Assembly: GCF_004010195.1 (NCBI RefSeq)
Contig: NC_057718.1
Coordinates: 28,565,071-28,629,070, forward strand
Origin: Chiloscyllium plagiosum
Lineage: Eukaryota
DNA: 64,000 nucleotides
Direction: 5' to 3'
The position numbers and the translations under genes are program-made. A model generated the notes under the pieces. That model saw only the letters and a list, made by a program, of their open reading frames with translations, did no database searches and was not told the origin of the DNA. Numbering within the stretch: the stretch's first letter is position 1; each line of letters starts with the position of its first letter. Below are positions 13,383 through 26,399 of the stretch, in pieces.

Positions 13383-14364
13383 TTTTCCTTGAGGTTGCAT
13401 ATGTTGTAATGTTGAATACCAGTGCTGCCAGCATATGAAAATGTTGGTTTCCTTACATGGGAAAAGATGGCACTAGAGAGGGTGCAGGGGAGGTTCACTA
13501 GGTTGATTCCGGAATTGAGAGGGTATCCTGGGTAGAACCATCTGAGGTATCCTGGGTAGATCCATTGCCAGTAATTCCTTCTTACTCGTCTTAATCAAGT
13601 TACTTATATTATGTGGGACAAGACTCCCACATAATAACTTAAGCAGAAGAAGCAACTCTCTTGACCAAACATATTACTTATTAACTAGTTACATTCCATC
13701 CAAAATACATGATTGTCCTCTGTGAGACAGCTAAGGAGAAAGGGCTCAACTTAATGTATATTTCTGCTTTCGCTCCATAGCCAACAATCAATCAGGAGCT
13801 CTCAGGTGAAAAAATAGAGAACTCATAGCAGTAATTGCAGTTATTTCCAGGAACAGTCTTTCATCTCCTAATGTGTTGAGCTACCTTGTGATGTCAGATA
13901 AACTTTTCAGGTAGTATTTGTTTTATACAACAACACAGGCTTAGCAGAGATTTGAAGAGAAACTCTAAACAAAAACATTTACCCTGTTTCTGTCCACAAA
14001 TGCTGCCTGACCTGCTGAGTTTTCCCCACATTTTCTGATATTTCAGGTTTCTAGTCTTCACAGTATTTCACTGTTGAAGAGGTCTGGATGTAAACACAAG
14101 GCAGTTTCTTTACTGCAGGTGCCCTGTATCAGGTGGATGTGAAACTGTTCATCAGCAAAAAGACACAATGTCAAACTAATGTCAGCCACAAGTGCAAAGT
14201 TTCATTGCAAAACAACTTCAATAAACACAAAAGTTTTCCACAAAGCAAGGCTCACAAGTACATGTTATCCTTGACAAGTTTATTTGTCTCACTGCTATAG
14301 TGGTGAAGGTTACTTGATCTGTTCAGATTCCCTGTGTTTTCCTGGGAAAAGGCTTCAATGATAT

Positions 14365-15458
14365 ATAAGAGCATAAGAACTAGGAGCAGGAGTACGCCGT
14401 CTGGCCCTTCGAGCCTGTTCCACCACTTAATACGATCACGGCTGATCTTTTCATGGCCTCAGATCCACTTGCCCTCCCTCTCACAATAACCCTTAATTTC
14501 TTTACTGTTCAAAAAATTATCTATCTTAGCTTTAAAAACATTTACTGAGGAAGCCTCAACTACTTCACTAGACAGGGAATTCCACAGATTCACAACCCTC
14601 CAAGTGAAAAACTTCCTCCTCAATTCAGTCCTAAATCTGCTCCCCCTAAATTTAATGCTATGCCCTCTTGTTTTGGTTTCACCTGCCAGTGGAAAAGTCC
14701 TCCCTCTTTCTTTCTTATCTATTCCCTCCATAATTTTATATGTTTCTATAAGATTCCCCTCTCATTTTTCTAAATTCCAATGAAGTTACTCATAACCCTA
14801 CCCTCGCAATTCCGGAATCAACCTAGTGAACCTCCCCTGCACCCTCTCTAGTGCCATCTTTTCCCATGTAAGGAGACCAAAACTGCACACAGTACTCCAG
14901 GTGTAGCCTCACCAGCACTATAGAGCTGCAACACAACCTCCCTGCTTTTAAACTCAATCCCTTCAGCAATGAAATACAACATTCCATTTACCTTCTTAAT
15001 TACCTGTTGCACCTGCAGACTGACCTTCTGTGATTCATGCTCAAGGATACCCAGGTCCCTCTGCACAGCAGCATGCTGCAATTTGTTTATCATTCAAATA
15101 ATAATGTTTTTGCTGCTATTCCTACCAAAATGGATGACTTCACATTGATTAACATTGTACTCCATCTGCCAGACCTTTGCCCACTCACTTAAACTAGCTA
15201 TGTCCCTTTGCAAAATTTCAGAGTCCTCTGCACACTTTGCTGTACCACCCATCTTAGTGTCATTCGCAAACTTTGACACATTACACATAGTTCCCAACTT
15301 CAAATCATCTTTGTAAACTGTGAATAATTGTGATCTCAACACTGATCCCTGAGGCACACCACTAGTCACTGACCACCAAACCAAAAGCACTCATTTATCC
15401 CCACTCTTTGTTTCCTGTTAGTTAAGCAATCCTCTATCCATGTTAATACATTACCCGA
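14365..15458 (-). mobile_element. CR1 LINE 3' fragment (second subfamily)
   Basis: VTSGVPQGSVL..SKFANDTKMGG...WQMEYNV.QCEVIHFGR; terminus ataagagcataagaactaggagcagg. Confidence 0.9.
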
Positions 15459-15514
15459 TTTAGGTCACAAAGCCGCCATTAAGACATGTCAGACAGCACA
15501 GAGCAAAAGAGAAA

Positions 15515-15870
15515 AGACATGCATTTAAATAGTGTCTCTCTTTACTTCAGGATGTTCTAAAGCCCTTTATATTGAAGTACTTTTAAAGTGTATCAATGTT
15601 GTATTAAAGGAAATATAGAAGCAGTTTGCACCCAATAAGCTCCTACAAACAACAACCGTGGTAATGACCAGATAGCCTGTTATTGTGCCGTTGAATGAGG
15701 GAAAAATATTGATCAGGACTCAGTATAGCTCTCCTGCATATCAAAGTGGTGCTGAATGGTCTTTCATCTTCATGAAAGGGCCTTGATTTAACATCTCATC
15801 CTTGGCAGTGCCTCTAACATTACAGCATTCCCTCAGCACTGGAATATCAGCATAGAAAGCTGTGCTCAGA
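15515..15870 (-). mobile_element. Old DeuSINE (SacSINE1/AmnSINE1-like Deu domain); weaker copy ~30360-30590
   Basis: Minus strand AGTGCTGAGGGAATGCTG...GAGGCACTGCC..GGATGAGATGTTAAATCAAGGCCC and downstream TCTGGTCATTACCAC..TTGTTTGTAGGAGCTT resemble the Deu domain. Confidence 0.7.
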
Positions 15871-17047
15871 TGGTAGCATACCTCTTTTCAACAGAGAAAT
15901 AACATCATTAAGCAGCCTGCCAAACAATACATCTATCATTTTATGTGTCTGCTTTGTTTACTATCACTAAGATGTACTGATGCAGCCCTCATCAAGGCTT
16001 CTTCCATGGGGTCTAAAACCTACAACCACAAGGACAAGAATATCAGATGCATGCAAACACTACCACATGCAAATTCCGCTCCAAGCATCACATTTTCCTA
16101 GCTTGGACAGTTTTGCCATTGCTTCATTGTTGAGGAGTCAAAGTCCTGCATCTCTGTTTCTAACAGCATCATGGTCCACCTCCACTACATGGACTTCAGT
16201 GGTTCAAGAAGGCATCTCACAACCACCTTCTCAAAGGCAATTAAGGATGGACAACAACTATTGCCTTGCCAACAATGCTGACATCCCACAATTAAATCTA
16301 AAATATGCATTCGCTGTAATGCCACCACCTAGATGAATGACCTTGGCACATTGTGAGCCCCAGCCCCAGCCCCAATAACCAGGGACAATTGCTGCTGCAA
16401 CCTCCAGGTATTCGAGAGGCCAAATGCAGAATATTGTTATCTGCTGCAATCACATTTCCAGCCAATCTGAATGATAGCTAGAATACTGCCCATCACAGCT
16501 ATGGCCAATCATGTTGTTCAATTGAACTGTCTCCAGCCTAAGCTGGGTTAACTTGGCTAATTAGCTAAATTAGCTAAGTTCCAATAAACATAGACCGTGA
16601 ATAAAAGATTTAAAGCAATTAACAAAAGAATCAGCTGCTATTTGAAAGTCAAGAAGGTGCAGATTTTGGGGAGAAAGCAGGAAAATGGCGTTAGGTAAAT
16701 CGTTCATTTAGAGAGTCAGTGTGAACACATGATGGGCTAAGTGGCCTCCTCCTTATACTTAGACTGTAATCAAAGGTAAGAGTTCAAATCTCACCTTGGT
16801 CAGTGGATGATTTAATGTTTTTTAATGTTGGTTGTACAAACCCATTTGATTGCCTAACGTAAATTCAGGATGGAAATCTGCCTCCCTTACCTGATCAGGC
16901 CTTCATGTGATGACTGATCCATAGCCTTAAAATCACCTAGTTAAGGGCAATTAAGGCTGGCTTTGCCTGTGACTCACATCCTGTGATTGTAAAAACAATT
17001 TCTGCTTACAAGCATAGAAAACTGCTGAACCTTGTAATACGCTCTGT

Positions 17048-17215
17048 AAAAGGGAAAGTTGCCATAGTCCTACCAGACCACAGGGCTGCTCTTTCATTCA
17101 GGAGAGAGAGAGAGTGGTGACTGGTGCTGGTTTAACCTGAGGGTTACCATGCCTCAGGCAAGACGAGAGGTTCAGACAGAGAGTACTTCATTCTAACCTC
17201 AGTCAGTGCAGAAAC
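17048..17215 (-). repeat. Unidentified interspersed repeat (second copy ~46805-46925 +)
   Basis: Shared ctcaggttaaacca.caccagt...tctctctc..aatga...gcagccct.tggt...g.tatggcaa.ttt. Confidence 0.6.
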
Positions 17216-17268
17216 TGAACCCTCACAATCCAAATGGCTTGTGTGTAAATTAGAAGTGGGCTTCACAA

Positions 17269-17636
17269 TGTTCTGATTGGAACGAGGTCAGCCAGGTGGA
17301 TCTCATTGATGGGTAGGTTGTTATTCTGGTCCAATCAGGGAGTCCTGGCTGACAGATAAGAATAGGAGTGGCACACACACACCATGGGTGCTGGGGAAAA
17401 AAATAAGCACTACCGCACTTAGGTGGTAGTGTGGGGGTAAAAAAAAATTAACCAGGAGAAGATCTCCAACTCTATTTTGAAGAAAGAAAAAAGAAGAGAA
17501 GAAAGAGAAAGAATCGGAGTGGCATGCGTTTTGCTCACGCTGGGAGCTAGCTCTGTGCTAGCTGAGTCAGTATCTTGTACTGTGCACATGTATAAACTGG
17601 GCGACTTGATGATGGAATAATCATGGAATTATTTCA
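17269..17636 (+). mobile_element. Possible solo LTR (TG...CA) interrupted by a Tx1-like insertion
   Basis: TG start, CA end, CCAAT and AT-rich signal-like motifs; no flanking TSD found. Confidence 0.35.
17374..17508 (+). mobile_element. Chimeric Tx1/L1-like 3' insertion with 16-bp TSD
   Basis: aagaat[a/c]ggagtggca at 17358-17373 and 17509-17524; first part matches 38310-38380. Confidence 0.85.
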
Positions 17637-17773
17637 GAACAGCCTGGAATTGTCTGGTTAGCTGTGAGGAAATCCCTGACTACTATTTCCCCTCATTTTG
17701 ACATGGCCAGTTTGGTAGTTGGTCAGTTATTCTCCACTTTGGGTTGGTCCCAGCCAGTTTTGAGAAAATTATT

Positions 17774-18200
17774 AGCTCAGGGTGAGGTTCTGAATGTAGG
17801 TTTGTTCGCTGAGCTGCAAGATTTGTTTTCAGATGTTTCGTCACCCTACTAGGTAACACTATTAGTAAGCCTCCAGATGAAGCACTGGCCAGCTTTCTAT
17901 TTATGTGTTTAGGTTTCTTTGGGTTGGTGATGTCATTTCCTGTGGTGATGTCAATTCCTGTTCTTTTTCTCAGGGGGTGGTAAATGGGATCCAAGTCAAT
18001 GTGTTTGTTGATAGAGTTCTGGTTGGAATGCCATGCTTCTTGGAATTATTGTGCATTTCTCTATTTGGCTTGTCCTAGGATGGATGTGTTGTCCCAGTCG
18101 AAGTGGTGTCCTTCCTCATCTGTATGTAAGGATATTAGTGAGAGTGGGTCATGTGTTTTTGTGGCTGGTTGATGTTCATGTATTCTGGTGTCTAGTTTTC
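17774..18200 (-). mobile_element. Penelope-like element 3' fragment (family D): GIY-YIG C-terminus plus pLTR with degenerate hammerhead
   Basis: Minus-strand RIHEHQPATKTHDPLSLISLHTDEEGHHFDWDNTSILGQAK..EAWHSNQNSINKHIDLDPIYHPL, and CTAATAG-tGTTACC tagtag GGTGAC-GAAA-CATC at ~17832-17865. Confidence 0.82.
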
Positions 18201-18864
18201 TGCCTGTTGGTCCAAGGTAGCTTTATTTTGGGTTGGTTCGCTTCATATTTTTAGCCACCCTTGCTAGGCAAACACAGAAGCAGCTTAAACGGATTGAACC
18301 ACTTACGCAAACCTACAGTAAGTAGATCACTGTAAACATCATTAAGTAATCAAGCCTCTATCAGATAGATTGTGTCATAAATCTTTATAGTGGGAAACAT
18401 GTGAGGATAATCTGTTTGTTAAGGCTTCAGTTCCAAGTTTATTGTGTGTTCATGTTTGATAAGAATTGAAAGATCTGCCAGTCTGTGTGATGGCCTGGCA
18501 TAGACCAAGTGAGCATTTGCCAGGTTGCTTGGTAACACTGCGATATGCATAAATGGGCAAAGTTCCAGATATAAATGAACAAATGTATATGATTCCTTTG
18601 ACAGCGTTCCTTGAGGTACATTATGTTCTTTTCCCAACTATTCCTAAGTCTTACACCATGGTCTCCATCATGTAGATTGTGATCGACTGCTCAGTGACAG
18701 AGTCTCTACAGTTGATCTATCCACATTCCTATGCTGTGCACAAATCAATTGCCAACAATATTCTGTTGAATGAATTGTGCTTCTGGAAGCTGCATGTTTA
18801 GAGAAAATGCATATTTTTAACAGATTTCAGTTTAGTCCAGACAATGATCATTGTACAGTAATAC

Positions 18865-19890
18865 AATAAGAAATAAGAAAAGGAATAGAGCATTAGGCCC
18901 CTTGCACCTACTCTGCTACTCAGTAGGATCAAGGCTGATTCAACATTCCTCACATCTACTTTCCCGCCTTTTCCCATAGCACTTGATTCCCTTACTGATC
19001 AAAAATCTATCTAAACCTTAAATATACACATTGATTCTACTCCCACAGCTCTCTATGGCAAGAAGTTCCAAAGACTCACAATCCTGAGAGAGAAAAGAAT
19101 TCTTCCTCGTCTCAGTCAGATATTAGCACTCCTTTATTGTGAGACTCTGCGTCTCATCCTAGACTCTTCTGTGAAGGGAAATATCCTTCAGCATTTACCC
19201 TAGGTGGAAGTGTGTGCTGCAGATGCTGTTGATCAGATTCAAAACGTGTGGTGCTGAAAAAAGCATTTCTGATTTATGCCCGAAACGTTAACTCTCCTGC
19301 TCCTTGGATGCTGCCTGACCCGCTGTGCTTTTTCAGTGCCACACTTTTTGACTCCAGTATTTACCCTGTTATTATATGATTCAACAAGATTACCTCTTAA
19401 GCTTTTATACTCAAATGAGTAGAGTCCAGGCCTATTTGACCTTTACTCATAAGACAATCCCTCCATACCTAGAATCATCCTAATGAACCTTCTGTGAACT
19501 GTCTGTCTCCAAAGAAACAATATCTTTCCTTAAGTAAGCGAATCAAAACAGCTCATAATTCTCCAGATGTGATCAGACGAGTACCTTGTGCAGTTGCTCT
19601 TGCATTCCAACCCCCTTGAAAATAAGGGTCAACATTCCATTAGGCTTCCTGATTTCCTGCTGGACCTGTTTGCGGGTTTTCTGTGTTTTGTGCACAAGAA
19701 CTCCCAAGTTCCTTTGCATTGCAGTTTTCTGCAGCTTTTGTCCATTTAAATAATTGTCCTCCCTTCCAAAATGAGCAACATCACATTTTCCCATATTGTA
19801 TTCCATTCCCAGCTTTTTGCCCACTTATTTCACTCATTGATATCTATCTGTAAACTGTTTGTATCCCCTTCACAACTTGCCTTCCCACCT
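18865..19890 (-). mobile_element. Old CR1 3' fragment containing a PLE palindrome
   Basis: MEYNMGKCDVAHFGR...LGVLVHKTQK..KQVQQEIRKPNGML. Confidence 0.8.
19202..19354. mobile_element. Inverted-arm PLE pLTR insertion (family B) with 13-bp TSD
   Basis: cag[c/t]atttaccct at 19189-19201 and 19355-19367; GCCC-GAAA-CGTT remnant. Confidence 0.82.
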
Positions 19891-20142
19891 TCAAGTAAGT
19901 TTTGAGGTGGCAGTTCAAACATATGAATAAAGAATATAATAGGAAACAATGTGTGAAACCAGCATATTATAATGCTAGAAGTATAACAAACTCTTTTGCC
20001 CAATATCTCCACACTGACTATATACGGAGAGCACCTTCCCTAGCCATGCTCCTCTGCCTGTCCTGTCCAGACATGTAGTTTTTTTTTCAGCTCTTTATTT
20101 AATAGGTCCATGCAGGATGAAGAAAACTTACAGGAAATGCTG

Positions 20143-20321
20143 AGAGTGTGGTGCTGGAAAGGCATAGCAGGTCAGGCAGCATCCAAGAAAGGGAGAATCA
20201 ACGTTTGGGCCTTTTGCCCAAAATGTCAATTCTCTTGGTCCTCAGATGCTGCCTGATCTGCTGCTCTTTTCCAGCACCACACACTCAACTGATCTCCAGC
20301 ATCTGCAGTGTTTACTTTCAC
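20143..20321. mobile_element. Palindromic PLE pLTR insertion (family B) with ~16-bp TSD
   Basis: cttacaggaaatgctg (20127-20142) vs cttacaggaaaatctg (20322-20337); centre lies in hammerhead stem II. Confidence 0.82.
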
Positions 20322-20914
20322 CTTACAGGAAAATCTGCCATGCCCCACATCCAATATCCAAGAAACACATGCCGACTAGCGTCCCCAGGAACAAATCACA
20401 GCCACAGATGTGACCTCCTGAGCCTCCACATTTGAAAACAGCCAGCAACATTATGGATGTTCCAGAGGCGTGGATCCTGAGGCCTACCTGCAATGTGACC
20501 AGTGGCAGAATGACATTACCAACTACAAAGTGAAGCAATAATGATAACTGATTGAACCTGGACCACCTACAAGGAATGGAAAAATAAATTCTTGCTCTCA
20601 GCTGTAAAATATAATATCATTTGCCTTAAATGTCACCAAAGTGTATTCATAAGTCAAAAGGGAAATTGGGAATGATACCTCATGCATAGTAAATTCTAGG
20701 ATAGATTTCCCTTGAACAACTTTGAACAAAGAACATTGATGGGGCGAAGGCTGTGTTGAAATCTGCAACATAAAGTAAACCCTGCACAGACGTATCATTT
20801 TGCATTTTCCATCTTTTGGCAAAACAGAGATAATTCACAGATAGCGAAGTAATTGGATATCTAAAGACGTCTTTCCTTGGATGCTGCCTGACCTGCTATG
20901 CCTTTCCAGTACCA

Positions 20915-21320
20915 CAAAGACCTGAAGGACTGTGAATGCTTCTCACTGCGGTTTGATGAATCCATCAGCATGACCAGCTCAGTCCATTTGGTTGCTCCCG
21001 TGCACATGGTCTTTAAGGACATCACAACTAAGAAGATCTTCTCATCCTTTTGCCCCTTAAAGATAGAACAAGGGCTGAGGATATCTACAATGAATACAAA
21101 ACGCACGCCTTTGAGAAACAAACATTCCAATCAAAAAACTAGTTTCCATCACAACTGATAGTAGCCATGTTTAGTGCAAATGTGGGCCTTGTTACATTTT
21201 GCAGAAATTATCCTGATTTTCCCCGCTTTATCAAGTACTGCTGCATAATCTACAAGCACGCATTACCGGGTAAAGTTATGAACATTTCTCATGTAGTTAA
21301 AGTGTCTGTGATGATTATAA
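20915..21320 (+). pseudogene. hAT (Charlie/SPIN/GTF2IRD2-like) transposase remnant
   Basis: KDLKDCECFSLRFDES...VHMVFKD, KLVSITTD, FCRNYPDFPRFIKYCCIIYKHALPGKVMN (degenerate HCIIHQ motif); frameshifted. Confidence 0.8.
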
Positions 21321-22711
21321 ACTTGAAACAAGTTGTTTCAATCCTTAATGAAAGAATTAGCCCCAATTCCATGTGCTTTGATTTTGCATAATAAGCTCAT
21401 ATATGATTTGTGGGTTTCAGAGCCCACGACATTGGAGATTTCCTTACTGATCATACTCTGCCCCATGAAGAGGCCAGAGTTTCCTTGATCCTTGTGAACA
21501 CCCCTTTTCAGAGTGCTCGGTCTCCTCCTATTTACAATGAGATCCCACCCTACTATCCACAATTTACCCCAAAAACTGTCACCATTCCCTCAGTGACCCA
21601 ATACAATGAAATCCATCACCAGGTGAGTTAAAAACAGAAAGTGCTAGAGTAACTCAGCAGGTTTTTTTTTATTATAAACCATATAACTACATATATCTGA
21701 GAAAGTCTGTCAGTGTCTCTGGGGAGAAAGCAGAGTTAACATTTGGAGGCCAGTGATTCAATGAAGATGGAATCCAATCAAGTGGGCTTCTTTGTCCTGG
21801 TTAATGTCAAACTTCTTGAGTGTGGAGAGAGAACCAAAATTAACATTTTAAGCCTGGCATGACACTTGTTTGGAACTTGAGTTCCCAATTCGGCAGTCTT
21901 GATGGACTGTCCCTGATAAGTACCCTGCTTTTGACCTAGACAACTGACAATGGCCCAATCCTTGCAATACAAGGACCCAGTTCCCTGGACTCTGGTCTGA
22001 CCTACCACCTGACTAACCATTGCTGGCCCTCTGTACTGGAATCAGAAGCACAGCTTCATTGTCTGTAGTAGTATCCCCCGACAGTCTGTAATCTCCCATC
22101 ACCCCACAAGTGACTGCATCCCTTTGACTGTCACAGTTGGCCATTTAGTAGAAGCACATGCAATGTGTTTGCCTTGTAAACAGCTAACACATACTGCATG
22201 GCACCATTGACATAGCCCCTTGACTATTCAGTGCTTCCCATCTTGACAAACAGCCAGTCTATCCCATCACATTAAAAAGTGATGCGTCGACACAGGGGCT
22301 GGCAGGCTCTAAGTTAGTGCTGAAGTGAGTGAGCATGCACTAATAAAGCAATGGAGAGTAGGCAGGGGTTGGCAGCACAAAGAAAATAAGGATTAAAAAA
22401 GCAAATGAAGAGCTATGTGAAACAGTCTAATCAGACGCATGTTTGTCTCTGTATCTAACAGGACCTGGCAGAAACATGTAAGTCTTAGGTGTCCCTGAGC
22501 TCCAAAGCAAAATGTTGAAGGACTGAAGTGGTGTGAGAGTGGCACACTGATGTGGTGAGGCCGATGATTTGCTGATGCCAACTTGGATACATGAAGTTCA
22601 AAGAGGATGGCATGTAGGTCTGTCAGTTCAAAAAAGCCTTTGTATGATGGCTTGGGAAAGCATTCAGTGAGCTGGAGTCACGAGGTACCTGCTCGGACTT
22701 ACCTGAGGGAA

Positions 22712-23001
22712 ATCATAGAATCCCTACAATGTGAAAGCAGGCCCTTTGGCCAATCAAGTCCACACTGACCCCCCAAAGAGCATCCCACCCTCCCCACCCT
22801 CCCTGTAATCCTGCATTTCCCCTGGCTAATCCATCTAGCCTGCACACCTTTGGACTGAGAGAGGAAACCAGAGCACCCTGAGGAAAACGCACACAGTCAC
22901 GGAGAAAATGTGCAAACTCTATACAGACATTCACCTGAGGCTGGAATGGAACCTGCGTCCCTGGGTTTGTGAGGCAGCAGTGCTTGCACCTTGTGTTGCC
23001 C
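22712..23001 (-). mobile_element. HE1-type V-SINE
   Basis: Homologous to 2567-2885. Confidence 0.85.
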
Positions 23002-23244
23002 TGGATGTGCTGTTTCTCAGGGAAGGACACGGTTGTAAATGGTTGACAAATAAGGTGCGTTCAGATATTCATGAGATGCAAATATGTGGAACTAAGCTAG
23101 TCATCTCTCAAGAGTGATATTATGAAGGTGCAATTTAAGACATAAATGGAAAACTGAAGAAGTCTTTCTCCGTGTTAAAATTCTGATCTTTTTATTCTAT
23201 TTTCGCATGTCTCACCTATGTACCAGGGAGGGAAAATGACACCC

Positions 23245-23800
23245 CATGTTAAACTAATTTGTTAATTTTTTTTAAAGAAAATAAAAAATGGATTGAGAGA
23301 AATCTGCACACTGTGTACATGAATTTATAAAAAAAGTATCTGATAAGGTGAGACATCAAAAGTTGCTAGACAAAACAAGAGCCTGTGGCATAAGAGGTAA
23401 CATATCAGCATGGTTAAGGAATTTGTTAGCTGTCAGGAAGCAGAGAATAGGAATACATCTGTTTTCAGATCGGCAAGTTGTAACTAGTAGAGTGTCACAG
23501 GTATCAGTGCTGGAGTCTCAATTGTCTGGGGCGAGTTTATATCAGTGACTTGGATGTGGGGACCAAATGTTCAGGTGCTTATTTTCCTGATGGATAGGTT
23601 GTTAGAAGAGGTAGAGAGTCCGAGAAAGGGTATACATAAAGTGAGTGGCAAAAACTTGTCAGATGGAATATAATTTGGGAAATTATAAACTTGACCACTT
23701 TGGCAGGGTGAATAGAAATGCAGGGTGCTATGTAAATGCAGAGAGATTGCAGAACTTGGAAATACAGAGGGATCTGGGTGTAAAGTCACTGAGTCATAGA
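23245..23800 (+). mobile_element. Old CR1 RT fragment
   Basis: HQKLLDK.RACGIRGNISAWLRN.L..RKQRIGI...VTSRVSQVSVL; CQMEYNLG.YKLDHFGR. Confidence 0.78.
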
Positions 23801-23929
23801 AATGTACTATTTAGAAAGAGACACTTGACCAGTCACTGAATACCTATCTACTCTAACATGTGTATGCTGGAACACACCAGTGGATGTGAGCAGCTTGGCG
23901 CAAAACAACTATTGACCTGCATTGTATCA

Positions 23930-24300
23930 TTGAGCCAATTTTGAATCCATTATGCCAAATTGTTTTGGACCCTGTGGGGGTCTTACCACCTTCATCAGTC
24001 TCACATTGTCAAAAACCTTATTGAAGTCCAAATAGACCCCATCCACTGTACTATCTCATCCACATATTGAGTCACATCCTTGGAATATTCAATCAAATCT
24101 GTCAAACATGACCTCCCTCTGACAAAGCCATGCTGACTATCCCTGATTAATCCTTGACTCTTCAAGTGAAGATTAATTCTATGTCTCAGAATTTTCTCTG
24201 CCATTAATGGTACATTCACTGGTCAATAGTTCCCTTGAACATCCCTATTATCCGTCTTGAATAATGGTACCATATTAGCTGTCCTCCAGTGTTCTGGCAG
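23930..24300 (-). mobile_element. CR1 RT fragment
   Basis: EKILRHRINLHLKSQGLIRDSQHGFVRGRSCLTDLIE. Confidence 0.85.
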
Positions 24301-24750
24301 CCTTTACTTAGACCAGTTAGGGCAAGATATTGAAAATTACTTCAATTGCATTTCTTTGAAGCAAAAGAAAATCTTTGGAGCTCGATTGGACTCTATAGCT
24401 AGAGCTTCCAAATGGGCACACATCAAAACAGTGTGACTATGCTTCAGAACTATTTGTTGTAAAGTGCTTGAAGACATGTAAATGTAAGTTTATTTCTATA
24501 AATTTCTTTTCAATCATTCAATCATTTTCAATTACCAATGATTAATTTCTGGTCTACATAATCTCTTTATTGCTTTTGAATATAGAGATATCCATTAGGA
24601 TATTAGCTCTTCATTTTAGACTCTCAGTAAAAAGAATTGTGCTTAAGCATGTCCCAGAATACAGGGGGTAATTTCCTAAATATGAAACATCTTGTGAATG
24701 GTAAGAGTTGATTTTAAGCTGTCTTTATCTCTATGTTCTCCTTTAGGATG

Positions 24751-24944
24751 CCATAATATGGAGGTAATGGTGTTGGATTGGAGTGGACTAGGTCAGAAGT
24801 CACGCAACACCAGATCATAGTCCAACAGATTTGTTTAAAATCACAAGTTTCCAGAGCTGATGAAGGAGCAATGCTCCCAAAGCTTGTGATTTCAAATAAA
24901 CCTGTTGGACTATAACCTGGTGTTGTCTGACTTCTGATCTTGTC
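24751..24944. mobile_element. Palindromic PLE pLTR insertion (family A) with 11-bp TSD
   Basis: cctttaggatg at 24740-24750 and 24945-24955; CTGATGA-a-GGAGC aat GCTCC-CAAA-GCTT on + strand. Confidence 0.88.
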
Positions 24945-25644
24945 CCTTTAGGATGTATAAGTTCTTACATCTGAAAACGTATAGATTCTAGTCAAAATTA
25001 AAAACTTGTTGCCAGGAGGAACTATGTAACTCTGATTTTATGGAAACAATAAATACTGTTTTGTAAATAGCAGAGGGCAGTATAACCTCTCATTATTGCA
25101 TCCATCTAAGTTATTTGCTGAATTTTGCTATGACAACAGTAGAAAATGCACTTTATTCTCTTACTAGTACACTTGATAAAGGGTACAGCCAACTAATTGC
25201 ACAACATTTTAACTGGGGATTTTTCTGTGGCCCTTTTTAATATTCAAAGAAAAACATGCATTTTATTGGCTTTATACATTTGATATTCTTACCACCTACA
25301 ATTAAACCTCTCTCCTTCATTTAAGTAAGGACAGAGTGGGTAATTTAAATAGTTTTATCATGTTTTCCAATAGTAATAATTTTTGATTGGTTTTCCACAG
25401 GTGCAGAAAGTTTACAGATAACATTTGTCTTTATAAATTAATTTCACTGTGTAACTCTCATTTTCACCCATTCACAAAGCATTGTTCTGCAAGGAATAAA
25501 CATTCAAACATTCCTATGCTTATCACTATTTAACCACCAGGCCAAACAGCTCACTGTCCTTAATTACATTCCCTCTTATAATCCTCTAAATCACTGCTCA
25601 GCTTTTCCCAATGCATCTTCTTATTGTTCAGTGTGGGGCCATCG

Positions 25645-26095
25645 GAAGTCACAGAACCTTTGGTCCAACCAGTCTATACAAGAAACACGATCCCAAACTA
25701 CACCTGCCTGCACTTGGCTCCTATCTCTCCAAACATTTCTTATTCGTATACTTATTTAAATACTTTAAACGTTTTAACTGTACTCGCAGCCACCCCTTTC
25801 TCTGGAAGTGCTTTCCATACATGAAATAATCTGTGTAAAAACAATTGCCCCTCATGTCTTTTTAAAATCTCCCTGCTTTTAAAAATATGCCCCCTTGTCT
25901 TGAAATTCCCCTCCCTGCCTTACCTATACCCCTTATGATTTTATGAACCTCTATAAGGTCACCCTTCAACCTCCTACGCTCCAGTGAAAAAAGTCCCAGC
26001 TTATCCAGCCTCTCCTCAAACCCTCCTTTCCAGGCAACTTTCTGGTAAACCTCTTCTGAATTCTCTCCAGCTTAATAAAATCCTTTCTATAACAA
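25645..26095 (-). mobile_element. CR1 (HER1-like) 3' fragment
   Basis: Homologous to 12023-12540. Confidence 0.8.
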
Positions 26096-26399
26096 GGCTA
26101 TTGGTCTTCAAACTGTTCAAAGCATTCATCTTTGTTCATCAATACCAAAAGTGAAGACAAGTCAATCAATCAGAAGCTTAATTTGCCTCAAAGCAGAAAT
26201 GAACGACTGGCATGCCCAGGCCAACAATTCTACAGACAGCAAATGATCACTGCATCAGGCTGTCATCTACTGGAGTTGGGAGTCAATGAAGTCCTGTCTG
26301 GCTTGTAGCAACTGACACTACTGTTCTCTGTTATAAAGTACAGGATGTCCCTACTGATCAACATCCTCATCCTCTTCAGAAAATATCACCTATTCTCCC

